Program-made: the position numbers and the translations under genes | Part shown: piece after piece, positions 1 through 8,853 of the stretch | How the letters are laid out: every line of letters begins with the position of its first letter | Position numbering within the stretch: position 1 is the stretch's first letter | Virus record (IMG/VR): IMGVR_UViG_3300007276_005408 | Span: 1-60,174 of that record | Direction: 5' to 3' (one strand) | Length of the DNA: 60,174 nucleotides | Source: a virus | Lineage: Duplodnaviria > Caudoviricetes | Notes under the pieces: model-generated | What the model saw: only the letters and a program-made list of their open reading frames with translations | Told to the model about the DNA's origin: nothing | Database searches by the model: none

Positions 1-198
1 CAACTCACCTTCAGTTCTTTCTACCTCTAAATCGCCAGTAGATAATCCACCGACAATAGCAAACTTATCATCCTGGTATCTTGGAGCATTCAAACTAAAG
101 CTAGCATAAGCAGTTGAGTATTTAAAAAATTTCCAAAGTTCGGTTTCTCCAAACAAAGATGAGGTTAATAATAAACCTATTATAATTTTCTTTAACAT
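1..198 (-). CDS. 5' part (66 codons, runs off window) of a paralog of the 952..2250 putative outer-membrane protein
   Basis: Hand translation MLKKIIIGLLLTSSLFGETELWKFFKYSTAYASFSLNAPRYQDDKFAIVGGLSTGDLEVERTEGEL aligns almost residue for residue with the N-terminus of 952..2250; AGGAGA RBS upstream; not in the ORF track. Confidence 0.9.
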   Translation of the reverse strand, partial: MLKKIIIGLLLTSSLFGETELWKFFKYSTAYASFSLNAPRYQDDKFAIVGGLSTGDLEVERTEGEL

Positions 199-235
199 CT
201 GTTTTCTCCTGTTATTGTAGTACCATCCACCAGTA

Positions 236-673
236 TTATATCCACATTCCGTACAAAAGTACTATTAGTCCAGTAGCTGGTAAGATATAAATCTTTTTAC
301 CACCCCACCAAGGAATGTCGTACCCTAAGATATGCCATTTGTAATCTATTGGTTTATAAATTGTTCCTTTATTTACATGATTCAAAGCGGCTTCATAACA
401 AAATGTTCCTATGAACCAACTACCAACACCTAACCAAAAGAATTTAGAGAATGAAGCTTCAATAAAGAATGCCACAATTACAGCACCCCATATGCCTACA
501 TTCTCTAAAATTCTCCACATATGATAATCGAATATACCATTCTTTCCGTTGTTCGGGTGTATTAGTTTATTCTTATTTTTTCTTGCTTTAGTACTCCAAG
601 TCCAACCTTCAGTTACACCCTCACTAAACCAATAAAGAATTATTAGTAAACAAAATAGTATTTGTAATATCAT
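236..673 (-). CDS. hypothetical multi-pass membrane protein
   Basis: 145 aa, several hydrophobic Trp/Gly-rich segments. Confidence 0.75.
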   Translation of the reverse strand: MILQILFCLLIILYWFSEGVTEGWTWSTKARKNKNKLIHPNNGKNGIFDYHMWRILENVGIWGAVIVAFFIEASFSKFFWLGVGSWFIGTFCYEAALNHVNKGTIYKPIDYKWHILGYDIPWWGGKKIYILPATGLIVLLYGMWI

Positions 674-684
674 ATGCTTTCTCC

Positions 685-879
685 TTACTTACTTCCAAAC
701 ATTTTAGAAAAGAAGCCTTTCTTCTTTCCTTTCTTGCCTTTCTGTATTTTCTTGCCCTTCTTCTTTTTCTTCTTTTTGATTTCTCCCATTCCTGCCATCT
801 TCATATCTGAAGCATTAGCAGTCGGAACTGCACCAAAGAATATTATCAAAGAAAGTATTCCTGTTAGTATTGTTTTCAT
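685..879 (-). CDS. secreted Lys-rich peptide
   Basis: Probable start MKTILTG at 879 with AAGGAG RBS; Sec signal ending A-N-A; mature part has 18 Lys in 41 aa. Confidence 0.7.
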   Translation of the reverse strand: MKTILTGILSLIIFFGAVPTANASDMKMAGMGEIKKKKKKKGKKIQKGKKGKKKGFFSKMFGSK

Positions 880-951
880 TATACGCTCCTTGCGTTGTCT
901 ATTTATTTTTTGCCACATTGGCAATTTTCACATTCACACATAGTATTCTCC

Positions 952-2250
952 TTACCATCCTACAAATTGATAATTCATACCGAACTTTATATCATAAGCC
1001 GGCCTTTCCCAATAGTAAAGGTATCTACCTTCTGTAAATACTCCTAAATTTTCCATTACCTTTACTCCTAATATAGCACCCATATCATAATCATTCCAAC
1101 TATGCCACATAGGTTCCATAAACATAAATTCACTTGGTTCACCACCCTCTTCTAAATGGGTCTGATAATTAGCAGCATTATGGTATGCGTGGTCTGTATG
1201 TCCATAATGAACAGGTAACCAATTACCCCAACCATGTATCCACCAATTATCATCATAGTGGTAAAAGTCTATACCCAATACCAAAGATGTTTCACTTTGG
1301 TATCCTAAATCTTTTTTCTTTCCATTGATATACTTCTCTAACATTCTTGGAAAGTGATATACAAAATATTCTCTATCTGTATAAGCAAATAACTTACCAT
1401 CGGCATCTCTCCATAACCAATCATGTCCCCAATACTCGCCTCTACCGTTCCAAAAAGGACCTGAACCTTCTACTTCTCTAACTTCACCTGTTTCAGGATC
1501 TACTTCATAAAGTGTTCTTTTTTCCCAGCCAGTAGGTGAATCAGGATCTATCATAGTAGAATCATACCACATATTATCATCGACATCAAAAGCATCTTCA
1601 GCAAAGTTCCACCATTGTCCCTTATACCAAGTGGTATCTAAAACCATAGCATCAAATCCATATACAGGATGTTGTCTGTGTTTTAGTCCAATAGAAAAGT
1701 GTAGCTTGTTATTTAGTGCTTCTGGCGTAAGATGTAATCTCAAATCTCCGTGTATGTAACTCAAGTCTTCCAATCCTAACTCTGTCCAACCGACTTTAGT
1801 CATAGCCCAATCACCAATGTATCTTACCCAATATTCTTGGTTTACATAATCATTACCCCATTGTCTACCTTCAGACCATTTCATTAGGTATTCCCAACCT
1901 TTTATAGGACCAAATGTGGCACTTTCATTAGCATTTGATTCTGAACCATCGTACCATTCTCCACCATTACCAGCATTTCTCACACCTCTTTTTGGTTCAT
2001 ATTGAAATCTTGCAATCTTACGAAGTCCAAATGATGTTTGAAAATCAGGCTTTAATTCTCTCTCTGTTCTTTCTACTTGAAGTAATCCAGTTGATAATCC
2101 ACCAACTATAGCGAATCTATCATCTTGATATCGTGGAGCATTCAAACTAAAACTGCCATAAGCAGTAGAATACTTTAAAAACTTCCATATTTCATTTTCA
2201 GCAAATAACGATGAGACCAATAACAGGCCTATTATCATTTTTTTCAACAT
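952..2250 (-). CDS. putative outer-membrane beta-barrel protein
   Basis: Signal peptide ending SLFA; aromatic-rich amphipathic strands; C-terminal IKFGMNYQF resembles a beta-signal. Confidence 0.6.
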   Translation of the reverse strand: MLKKMIIGLLLVSSLFAENEIWKFLKYSTAYGSFSLNAPRYQDDRFAIVGGLSTGLLQVERTERELKPDFQTSFGLRKIARFQYEPKRGVRNAGNGGEWYDGSESNANESATFGPIKGWEYLMKWSEGRQWGNDYVNQEYWVRYIGDWAMTKVGWTELGLEDLSYIHGDLRLHLTPEALNNKLHFSIGLKHRQHPVYGFDAMVLDTTWYKGQWWNFAEDAFDVDDNMWYDSTMIDPDSPTGWEKRTLYEVDPETGEVREVEGSGPFWNGRGEYWGHDWLWRDADGKLFAYTDREYFVYHFPRMLEKYINGKKKDLGYQSETSLVLGIDFYHYDDNWWIHGWGNWLPVHYGHTDHAYHNAANYQTHLEEGGEPSEFMFMEPMWHSWNDYDMGAILGVKVMENLGVFTEGRYLYYWERPAYDIKFGMNYQFVGW

Positions 2251-2281
2251 CTCTTTTCTCCTAAAGGATAGACTTTACTCA

Positions 2282-2289
2282 TATAAATA
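2282..2289 (-). promoter_or_regulatory. TATTTATA motif (class B, putative late promoter)
   Basis: Intergenic, just upstream of the barrel-gene operon; motif recurs at other operon heads. Confidence 0.5.
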
Positions 2290-2299
2290 TATACTACCC

Positions 2300-2566
2300 T
2301 TAATTATATTCAGGAACAAATCTGAACTCATCATCACAAACGGCAAAAGTCAATATCCATTTCTTATCTTTACCTTCGTCCCATTCTTCGTAACTAGAAA
2401 GAACACAAGTATCAGTTGTCATTCTCTTTACAACTTTATCCATTTGGTCTTCTGTATTGCAAATGATATTTATTTCATCACCATTAGACTTTACCATTAC
2501 CATATTATCTGCATTGTTATAAACAGCATCAGACCTCAATCTCCGTCTTTGTTTACTTTTAGCCAT
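2300..2566 (-). CDS. hypothetical protein
   Basis: Probable start MAKSKQ at 2566 with GGAGA RBS, overlapping the upstream stop. Confidence 0.7.
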   Translation of the reverse strand: MAKSKQRRRLRSDAVYNNADNMVMVKSNGDEINIICNTEDQMDKVVKRMTTDTCVLSSYEEWDEGKDKKWILTFAVCDDEFRFVPEYN

Positions 2567-2783
2567 TCTTTTCTCCATATAAGTCCCAAGTCTTTGGAGG
2601 CGGCTTTGGAGCTTCAATACCATCGTCAATAGTAATGCTTCCATTTTGTGCATCAACTTCAAAATATGCTACTCCTTTTTCTAAGAATATCTGATTCAGA
2701 CACTCAGTTAGTGATTCATAAACTGTATTACCCACTTTCCACCTGTCACCAGGCGGTACTCTTTCTGCAACATTTACTTTCAT
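2559..2783 (-). CDS. hypothetical protein
   Basis: 74 aa ORF coupled to phoH. Confidence 0.7.
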   Translation of the reverse strand: MKVNVAERVPPGDRWKVGNTVYESLTECLNQIFLEKGVAYFEVDAQNGSITIDDGIEAPKPPPKTWDLYGEKNG

Positions 2784-2784
2784 A

Positions 2785-3615
2785 TTAGTTCCTTAAGTTA
2801 TAAAAATATCTATTCTTTGTTGTTGGTTCATCATATATCTGTCGCTCTATCCACATAGATAAAGTTTCTTCCGCTGATAGGATTCCTATATCATAATCAT
2901 CTTGATACCTTTCTAACATTTCAGCGACAATAGGATGTCTAACGACATCGCTTAAGTCAAACTGACTGAATCCCACTCTTCGTAATCCAGTGAACCTTTT
3001 GATAGCATCCTCTAAACCATTTTCATTTTTGATATCAGATTGCATCAAATCACCATTTATGATATATTTACTTCCTTGTCCTATACGAGTTACGAAAGTT
3101 TTTATTTGTGATGGTGTGGCATTTTGTGCTTCGTCCAATACAACTATACTATCTGTTAGTGTTAGTCCTCTCATATATGCTAAAGGAATAACTTGTACTA
3201 CTCCAGCCTTTTTGAGAACATCCAATCTTTGTTTACCAATAATCTGTTCCATATTGTAATATAACGACATCATATAAGGAGCAGTCTTCTCATCTATATC
3301 ACCAGGTAGGTATCCCATCTTTTCACCATCAACTTCTACCAGTGGTTTTGTAATCACCAACTTATCATACTTACCTTGAGCCAAATTCTTTAGAGCATAA
3401 TGTGTAGCCAAATATGTCTTACCACATCCAGCAGGACCTATTGAAAATGTAACATCGTTTCTTCCAATAGTTCGATAGAATGTTTTCTGATTTGGTGTTC
3501 TAAATTCTAGACTACTCCAATCGATTCTTTTGATTTGTGATAGAGCTTGTCTTTTATTCTCACAGGGTTGGTCTGCCTTGACTTGTGTAACCGTCTTTAC
3601 CTTGGATTTATCCAT
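2785..3615 (-). CDS. phoH: PhoH-family ATPase
   Basis: Walker A GPAGCGKT, MGYLPG, YMRGLT, LDEAQN, GDLMQSD and VVRHP motifs. Confidence 0.95.
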   Translation of the reverse strand: MDKSKVKTVTQVKADQPCENKRQALSQIKRIDWSSLEFRTPNQKTFYRTIGRNDVTFSIGPAGCGKTYLATHYALKNLAQGKYDKLVITKPLVEVDGEKMGYLPGDIDEKTAPYMMSLYYNMEQIIGKQRLDVLKKAGVVQVIPLAYMRGLTLTDSIVVLDEAQNATPSQIKTFVTRIGQGSKYIINGDLMQSDIKNENGLEDAIKRFTGLRRVGFSQFDLSDVVRHPIVAEMLERYQDDYDIGILSAEETLSMWIERQIYDEPTTKNRYFYNLRN

Positions 3616-3636
3616 TGGGATTCTCCTCTATTTTAG

Positions 3637-3936
3637 TTAGTAACTCGGTATTCCTTTAGTAATAAATATAATATATACTTTCTTAAGATAAGGTTTTACT
3701 TCTTTATTTAAGATTTCCAATAACTCCTTTGTAAGAAAATCAAACTCAGGATATTTTGTCAAAGCATCTATAAGATTATTTACATACTCTGACGGCATCG
3801 TATCCAATTTATACTCACCAGTTATAACTGCTTGTTCTATAAAAGTATTTATAGCAGCTGCTAAATCTGCTGGTACTCTTGATGTTGCTCTTAAATGTTT
3901 ATATCTCTTAAGTTGCTCTAACTCTTCTTGACTCAT
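3637..3936 (-). CDS. hypothetical protein
   Basis: 99 aa ORF, last gene of the leader-tagged operon. Confidence 0.7.
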   Translation of the reverse strand: MSQEELEQLKRYKHLRATSRVPADLAAAINTFIEQAVITGEYKLDTMPSEYVNNLIDALTKYPEFDFLTKELLEILNKEVKPYLKKVYIIFITKGIPSY

Positions 3937-3939
3937 AAC

Positions 3940-4326
3940 CTATCCTATTGAATATTTTTTTGTACTTGACTTGAAATTCCTTTTCCTCATAATTGTTTTA
4001 GCTATCATCTCTAACTCTTTCCCATTCCATCTCAGAACCACTGGTACATTTATATCTGTACTCATATCTTTTAGTAGTATATTTACACCATCAGGTATTT
4101 GAGATATTGGCTTACCATACTTCTTATATATCTGTCTGTATATCTTTATTAGTTCTGCTGGATTTATAGGTTTACCATTTCTCGCATCATTTACTCTGTC
4201 CATAAAGTGTCTTGTAAATTCAACATCAATACCAACGCTTCCCCATACCTTATCTAAGTATTTCTCTACTTGATTTAGTTCACCTTGTGAAACAGCTTCT
4301 AATAATAAGTCTTTTAGTTTTATCAT
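3940..4326 (-). CDS. leader-tagged putative internal virion protein; possible RelE/BECR-like fold
   Basis: N-terminus MIKLKDLLLE; FTRHFMDR and KTIMRK motifs. Confidence 0.6.
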   Translation of the reverse strand: MIKLKDLLLEAVSQGELNQVEKYLDKVWGSVGIDVEFTRHFMDRVNDARNGKPINPAELIKIYRQIYKKYGKPISQIPDGVNILLKDMSTDINVPVVLRWNGKELEMIAKTIMRKRNFKSSTKKYSIG

Positions 4327-5237
4327 ACCTGGTCTATTATACCTTCTCTTTTACCAAACCATTGTCTAAACTTTGCTGGTGTACCAATTGTTACTTTACT
4401 CTTTGGTACATATTTGTATAACTCTTCTTGATATCTACCTGGCTTACCAAATTGTTCCCAGTTACCATCTTTAGTTATCCTACTCAACACAAAAGCGTCT
4501 ATGATTTTAGTATTATATATAAGTATCTCATTCCACCACGCAGATGGTTTATTTTCTACAGACCTAAGTCTTTTTTTGAATATCTCTTTGTTTGCCATTA
4601 GATATTTATTTTGCCAGTCAAAATAGGCTTTTATAAATTTGTTTACCATAGGACCAACAGCTTTCTTTTTCTTTTTTTCTATCTCATTCCAAGGCATCTT
4701 AGCATCGTCTTCCATCCACTGGTCTCGTAACTTTTCTTCTAAGTCATACATATCAGATTTCAACTTATCATACTTCTTACGCCATCCAGCAGCTCTTACA
4801 GCTTTGTTCCATACCTCTCTGTCACCTGTAATATAATGTCCTTCCATCCATCTACGGCCTGTCTTATCAGGCACACTATCGAAGTCCATATATCTAGTTG
4901 CTAATAAGTCACCTCTCACATAAAATACGATACCACCTATGGTCTGTATACCTTTACCTTTTGCTAAGGGTGAGTCTTTGTTAGCACGAGTGAATGTAGA
5001 TATAGACCTTTTCTTACCAAGTATATTATCTACTGTTTTTAGATGTTCAGGACTAGTAACATGAAAGGAGCTGATAGGTTGTTTACCAAACATCGATTCT
5101 AATTGCTTAGGATATAGTGCTATCATATCCATCGAACTAATGTTTGCCATTGTTGTTCTGGTATGTGCTGGATACCAGAGAGTTTTACCTTTGTGAGTAA
5201 GCCAATCCTCTGTCAATAAATCTTTGAGTTTTATCAC
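4323..5237 (-). CDS. leader-tagged putative internal virion protein; possible ADP-ribosyltransferase-like fold
   Basis: GTG start, MIKLKDLLTE leader; FHVT, SISTFT and NEILI motifs in that order. Confidence 0.55.
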   Translation of the reverse strand: MIKLKDLLTEDWLTHKGKTLWYPAHTRTTMANISSMDMIALYPKQLESMFGKQPISSFHVTSPEHLKTVDNILGKKRSISTFTRANKDSPLAKGKGIQTIGGIVFYVRGDLLATRYMDFDSVPDKTGRRWMEGHYITGDREVWNKAVRAAGWRKKYDKLKSDMYDLEEKLRDQWMEDDAKMPWNEIEKKKKKAVGPMVNKFIKAYFDWQNKYLMANKEIFKKRLRSVENKPSAWWNEILIYNTKIIDAFVLSRITKDGNWEQFGKPGRYQEELYKYVPKSKVTIGTPAKFRQWFGKREGIIDQV

Positions 5238-5240
5238 TGT

Positions 5241-5606
5241 CTATAACCAATTCTTCCAGATACTGTAAGAATAATTACTTGATATTTTTCTCAAATGTTT
5301 TTCAGTACCTGTTCCACCTTTTTTAGTAATAATTCTATATGCTTTCTTTTTGCCACCATCTATAAGAAAAACTCCGCCTGGTAGATTACCAATCTGCATT
5401 CCTCTATCAACTCTTACTTTAGTAGCTTTATCTCTGTAAATCATTTTGTTACCACCAGGTCCAGCAGTAGACCATTGGCCTGTTGGTTCTTTACCACCAG
5501 CAGCAATATAAAGATCATATGGTTTCATTACTTCCCAATATTCTGTATCACTTCCGTATAATGGATGTTTGTATGCTTCATTTACTAAATCTTTTAGTTT
5601 AATCAT
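5241..5606 (-). CDS. leader-tagged putative internal virion protein
   Basis: N-terminus MIKLKDLVNE; basic protein. Confidence 0.6.
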   Translation of the reverse strand: MIKLKDLVNEAYKHPLYGSDTEYWEVMKPYDLYIAAGGKEPTGQWSTAGPGGNKMIYRDKATKVRVDRGMQIGNLPGGVFLIDGGKKKAYRIITKKGGTGTEKHLRKISSNYSYSIWKNWL

Positions 5607-6025
5607 ACCCTAACCTTATACTTACTCTTTAGAATACTCTCAACTTCTTTCTGACTTTTACCAATTATCATATCTATGTTTTTAGTAACCGGTATAGTTT
5701 TGTTACTAACTTTGATATCTAAATTTACTTCACCAACAATAGCAGAAACATATTTTCTTGCAGCCTTTGCTTTAGCATATCCACTTCTTCCGTGATGTAC
5801 ACCTTTTTCATCATATGTTTTTACGATTTCTAATTTATCCTTTGCTTCAGCTGATATGTTTCTACCTACCTCTGAAGCTAGTATTTTATCAGCAGAAGCC
5901 GATAACATTCCAGCACCCATTCCTTTAGAACGTATCTTTGACCTTCCAACTGCAACTACTCCTCTTGGATTCGGTGTTATAGCAACAAAGAAACTTTCAG
6001 TTAGTAAGTCTTTTAGTTTTATCAT
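5603..6025 (-). CDS. leader-tagged putative internal virion protein
   Basis: N-terminus MIKLKDLLTE; basic protein. Confidence 0.6.
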   Translation of the reverse strand: MIKLKDLLTESFFVAITPNPRGVVAVGRSKIRSKGMGAGMLSASADKILASEVGRNISAEAKDKLEIVKTYDEKGVHHGRSGYAKAKAARKYVSAIVGEVNLDIKVSNKTIPVTKNIDMIIGKSQKEVESILKSKYKVRV

Positions 6026-6351
6026 TGTTGGTATTTCCTATCTTTAGTCATCTCTAACATAAGTTTTGATTTAGTATAGATGTATTCTATTTCTTCTATA
6101 GTAGTCATATCATTCTGATTCTTTATAGCTCTCTGTAAGTTTTTAGCACTGTCTAATAGATACTTTGCTTGACCACGAATCTGAGAATAAAAGTTTACAT
6201 TCAAATCCTCTACTACAGTATCCTTACCACCTTTTCTTTCAAACTCTGTAAGTCCATCTGGCTCACCATTGAATTTTTTAGACCATCTATTTTCTAATTT
6301 TTTGAAATCAGTATTGTTCCATTCTTTTAGTAAGTTCTTTAGTTTTATCAT
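6022..6351 (-). CDS. leader-tagged putative internal virion protein
   Basis: N-terminus MIKLKNLLKE; internal VVE site. Confidence 0.6.
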   Translation of the reverse strand: MIKLKNLLKEWNNTDFKKLENRWSKKFNGEPDGLTEFERKGGKDTVVEDLNVNFYSQIRGQAKYLLDSAKNLQRAIKNQNDMTTIEEIEYIYTKSKLMLEMTKDRKYQQ

Positions 6352-6644
6352 TACAGTACTCCGTGTATAATATCAAAATTAGAATATGTCTTCTTCAATA
6401 AATTCATAAATGGTTTTTCCATATCATTTCTAACCATACTAAGACCTCGTGGTAAACTTCCTACGACATCTTGTATGTCTATAATTCCTTGATAGAATTT
6501 CATATGTTGTTTACTACCAACCATCTTAGCTAATTCATATCTGGCCATAGTATGATTGTTTCTATCAGTAAGCATGCGAATCTTTTCTATATAAGCACCA
6601 CCTAACTCTTTTTTTTCTGTGAGTAAAGTTTTTAGTTTTACCAT
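6351..6644 (-). CDS. leader-tagged putative internal virion protein
   Basis: N-terminus MVKLKTLLTE. Confidence 0.6.
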   Translation of the reverse strand: MVKLKTLLTEKKELGGAYIEKIRMLTDRNNHTMARYELAKMVGSKQHMKFYQGIIDIQDVVGSLPRGLSMVRNDMEKPFMNLLKKTYSNFDIIHGVL

Positions 6645-8410
6645 TTTCTACAACTCCAGTAACGGGCCTTGTGTCTAGGTCCTGGTGAATCACAATTATG
6701 TCTAGCTCTAAAAGATGCTCTAGCTTTAGGATTGGATTTTCTAATTCTCATAGTCCCACCCTTAGCATCACCACCTTGTCCAAAGTTTACTTTTACAACA
6801 TTGCCCTTTGGGTTCTTTACATATACTTTAAATTTCTTTTGGTCACCCTGCATAATTTTTCCTAACTTCACTTTCCTACCTTGGTATTCAGCTTCTGTTA
6901 GTGATAAGTCTTTTACATGCTCTAATGTGTATCCATGACCTTCACCATTTGTTTCGTAATAAACTTCAATTACTTCTTTCACACAATTAGGAACTTTTCT
7001 TCCACCCTTATCTTTCATTCCAACTTGTTTATATCCTACCCAACAAGCTTCGTCTACAGATTCTTTCTTCTTTAGTTTAGCATACTTCTTCATAGCATCT
7101 CTACTCTTCTGATTCTTCTTATTATACTTAGATAATTTTTTAGAGAACTTATCACCCAAACCTTCTTTTACTACTTTTAAAATTTTAAAACCTCTACCTT
7201 TATTTGAAGCATTAAAATCTCTTTTTGCTAAATTAGAATTTTTTGCCCTCATAATATCAGTTTTCTTTCTACCAGTAGAATCTTGATATGTTATTTTATA
7301 CATAGGTTCACTCATTTCATTCACACCTTCACCTAATACTCTCTTGACGGAATTCATAGTATCCATCCACCAATCTTGAGCAGGACCATGACCTGGTATT
7401 TGTAATCTATTTACCCAAGGACTTGGATAAGCTCCTTTGAAATCTTTATTAGCATCTTTTTCAAGATACTTAGTAATCTGTTTTACTCTTTCTCTTTCGT
7501 TCTGTCCTCTTTTTATGTATCCTCTTGCTTTTAGTTTTTGAGCAAACTTATTATCAGACTCTTTTACTGCTTCAGGTTCATCATTGATACCAACAATTTT
7601 TACTTGTGGTTTACCATTTACCATAACAACTTTAATCTTCTTACCTTTTTTAGCAAGCATTTGTGCATATGTAGCTTCACCTAAAGCAGAAAGTCCTGAT
7701 AAAGCCATAGCCTTACCTCTTGGTGATGAACTAGCATATGTTTTAGCAACATACTTGTAATGCTTTTTAATCATTTCAGTAGCATCTTTTGCACTGTTAC
7801 CATACTTGATAAGAAGTTGATATATCTTCTTCATCTCTACATTACTTTCTATGAGATGGTTGGTTTCATTTACAGACTCATTTGCTTTTTTAAGTGCTAC
7901 CTTTACTCGCTTATGATGTGATAGCCCTCTTCTAATTTTTTCAATTCCCTTAACAGCTCCTGTCATATTACCAGCCATTGATTTAGCTATCTTTTCTGCC
8001 TGTTTAATTTGTTTGAGTAGACTCAGTTCGTTTACGGATTCAAATTTTTTCATAAGTTTTCTCACCTTTTTCTTACTTTGTAAATTCTTAAAAATACCTG
8101 GTTTATATTTTTTCATATAAAGCAAATAATCGTATTGCTGTTTGTCGGATAATTTGTTTTCTTTGACACCTAATTTTTTCATTGTATGTGCCATCTTTTT
8201 TATAGTTGGAATCTTCCTACCCATATCACCTTTTCTGTATTGATGATAATCAAGCGCTATCTGTCCAAGTTTGACATTAGATACGTTTGGCAATTTATCT
8301 TTTAAATGTTTTACAACTTTATTGAAAGCTCCCATATACTTTACATTGTATGTAGGATATTTATTGTTCAAATCCTTTATGAGTTCAAATGCTAATTTTT
8401 CTAATTTCAT
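6638..8410 (-). CDS. large Lys-rich multi-module putative internal head polyprotein
   Basis: N-terminus MKLEKLAFE; modules separated by ESVNE, EGVNE, ESVDE, VKE and LTE linkers; C-terminal ARASFRARHNC...ARYWSC module. Confidence 0.6.
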   Translation of the reverse strand: MKLEKLAFELIKDLNNKYPTYNVKYMGAFNKVVKHLKDKLPNVSNVKLGQIALDYHQYRKGDMGRKIPTIKKMAHTMKKLGVKENKLSDKQQYDYLLYMKKYKPGIFKNLQSKKKVRKLMKKFESVNELSLLKQIKQAEKIAKSMAGNMTGAVKGIEKIRRGLSHHKRVKVALKKANESVNETNHLIESNVEMKKIYQLLIKYGNSAKDATEMIKKHYKYVAKTYASSSPRGKAMALSGLSALGEATYAQMLAKKGKKIKVVMVNGKPQVKIVGINDEPEAVKESDNKFAQKLKARGYIKRGQNERERVKQITKYLEKDANKDFKGAYPSPWVNRLQIPGHGPAQDWWMDTMNSVKRVLGEGVNEMSEPMYKITYQDSTGRKKTDIMRAKNSNLAKRDFNASNKGRGFKILKVVKEGLGDKFSKKLSKYNKKNQKSRDAMKKYAKLKKKESVDEACWVGYKQVGMKDKGGRKVPNCVKEVIEVYYETNGEGHGYTLEHVKDLSLTEAEYQGRKVKLGKIMQGDQKKFKVYVKNPKGNVVKVNFGQGGDAKGGTMRIRKSNPKARASFRARHNCDSPGPRHKARYWSCRKW

Positions 8411-8853
8411 TATTTACCTTTTTTCCAACCACCACCAGCTGCTTTATATTGTCTAGCGGCCCAACCATTTGCATATGCTGATGGATAAACATCAAACTTC
8501 TTTTTAGCTTGTGATTTATAATAAGACCATTTACTTGCATCTGTTGGTACATTCTTTTCTAAGAACATATTTAGTTTTTGTTCTGCAATTTCCTTTGTCA
8601 TCACTTTACCCTCTTTTTGCTTATCATAATAATCTTTAGGATGAAATTTCATTTCTACTACTTTTCCATCTTTCGTAATACTTTTGCCATCAACTATAAT
8701 TTCTACTGGATATGGTTTGTTTGGTTTATCATACCAATAAGCCATTTTGTATCCACCATTATCAAGCAGTTTGACTAACATACCTCTTTCGTAGTCTTTG
8801 TCTTCTGCTTTGAGAACTTTAGTCTCTCCTCTTGGTAATACTAAATCAGCCAT
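8410..8853 (-). CDS. two-module putative internal virion protein
   Basis: C-terminal KKKFDVYPSAYANGW...GGGW module follows an FLE site. Confidence 0.55.
   Translation of the reverse strand: MADLVLPRGETKVLKAEDKDYERGMLVKLLDNGGYKMAYWYDKPNKPYPVEIIVDGKSITKDGKVVEMKFHPKDYYDKQKEGKVMTKEIAEQKLNMFLEKNVPTDASKWSYYKSQAKKKFDVYPSAYANGWAARQYKAAGGGWKKGK

Noticed and set aside
2785-3615. phoH as a novel auxiliary gene
   Set aside because: phoH is routine in large aquatic phages
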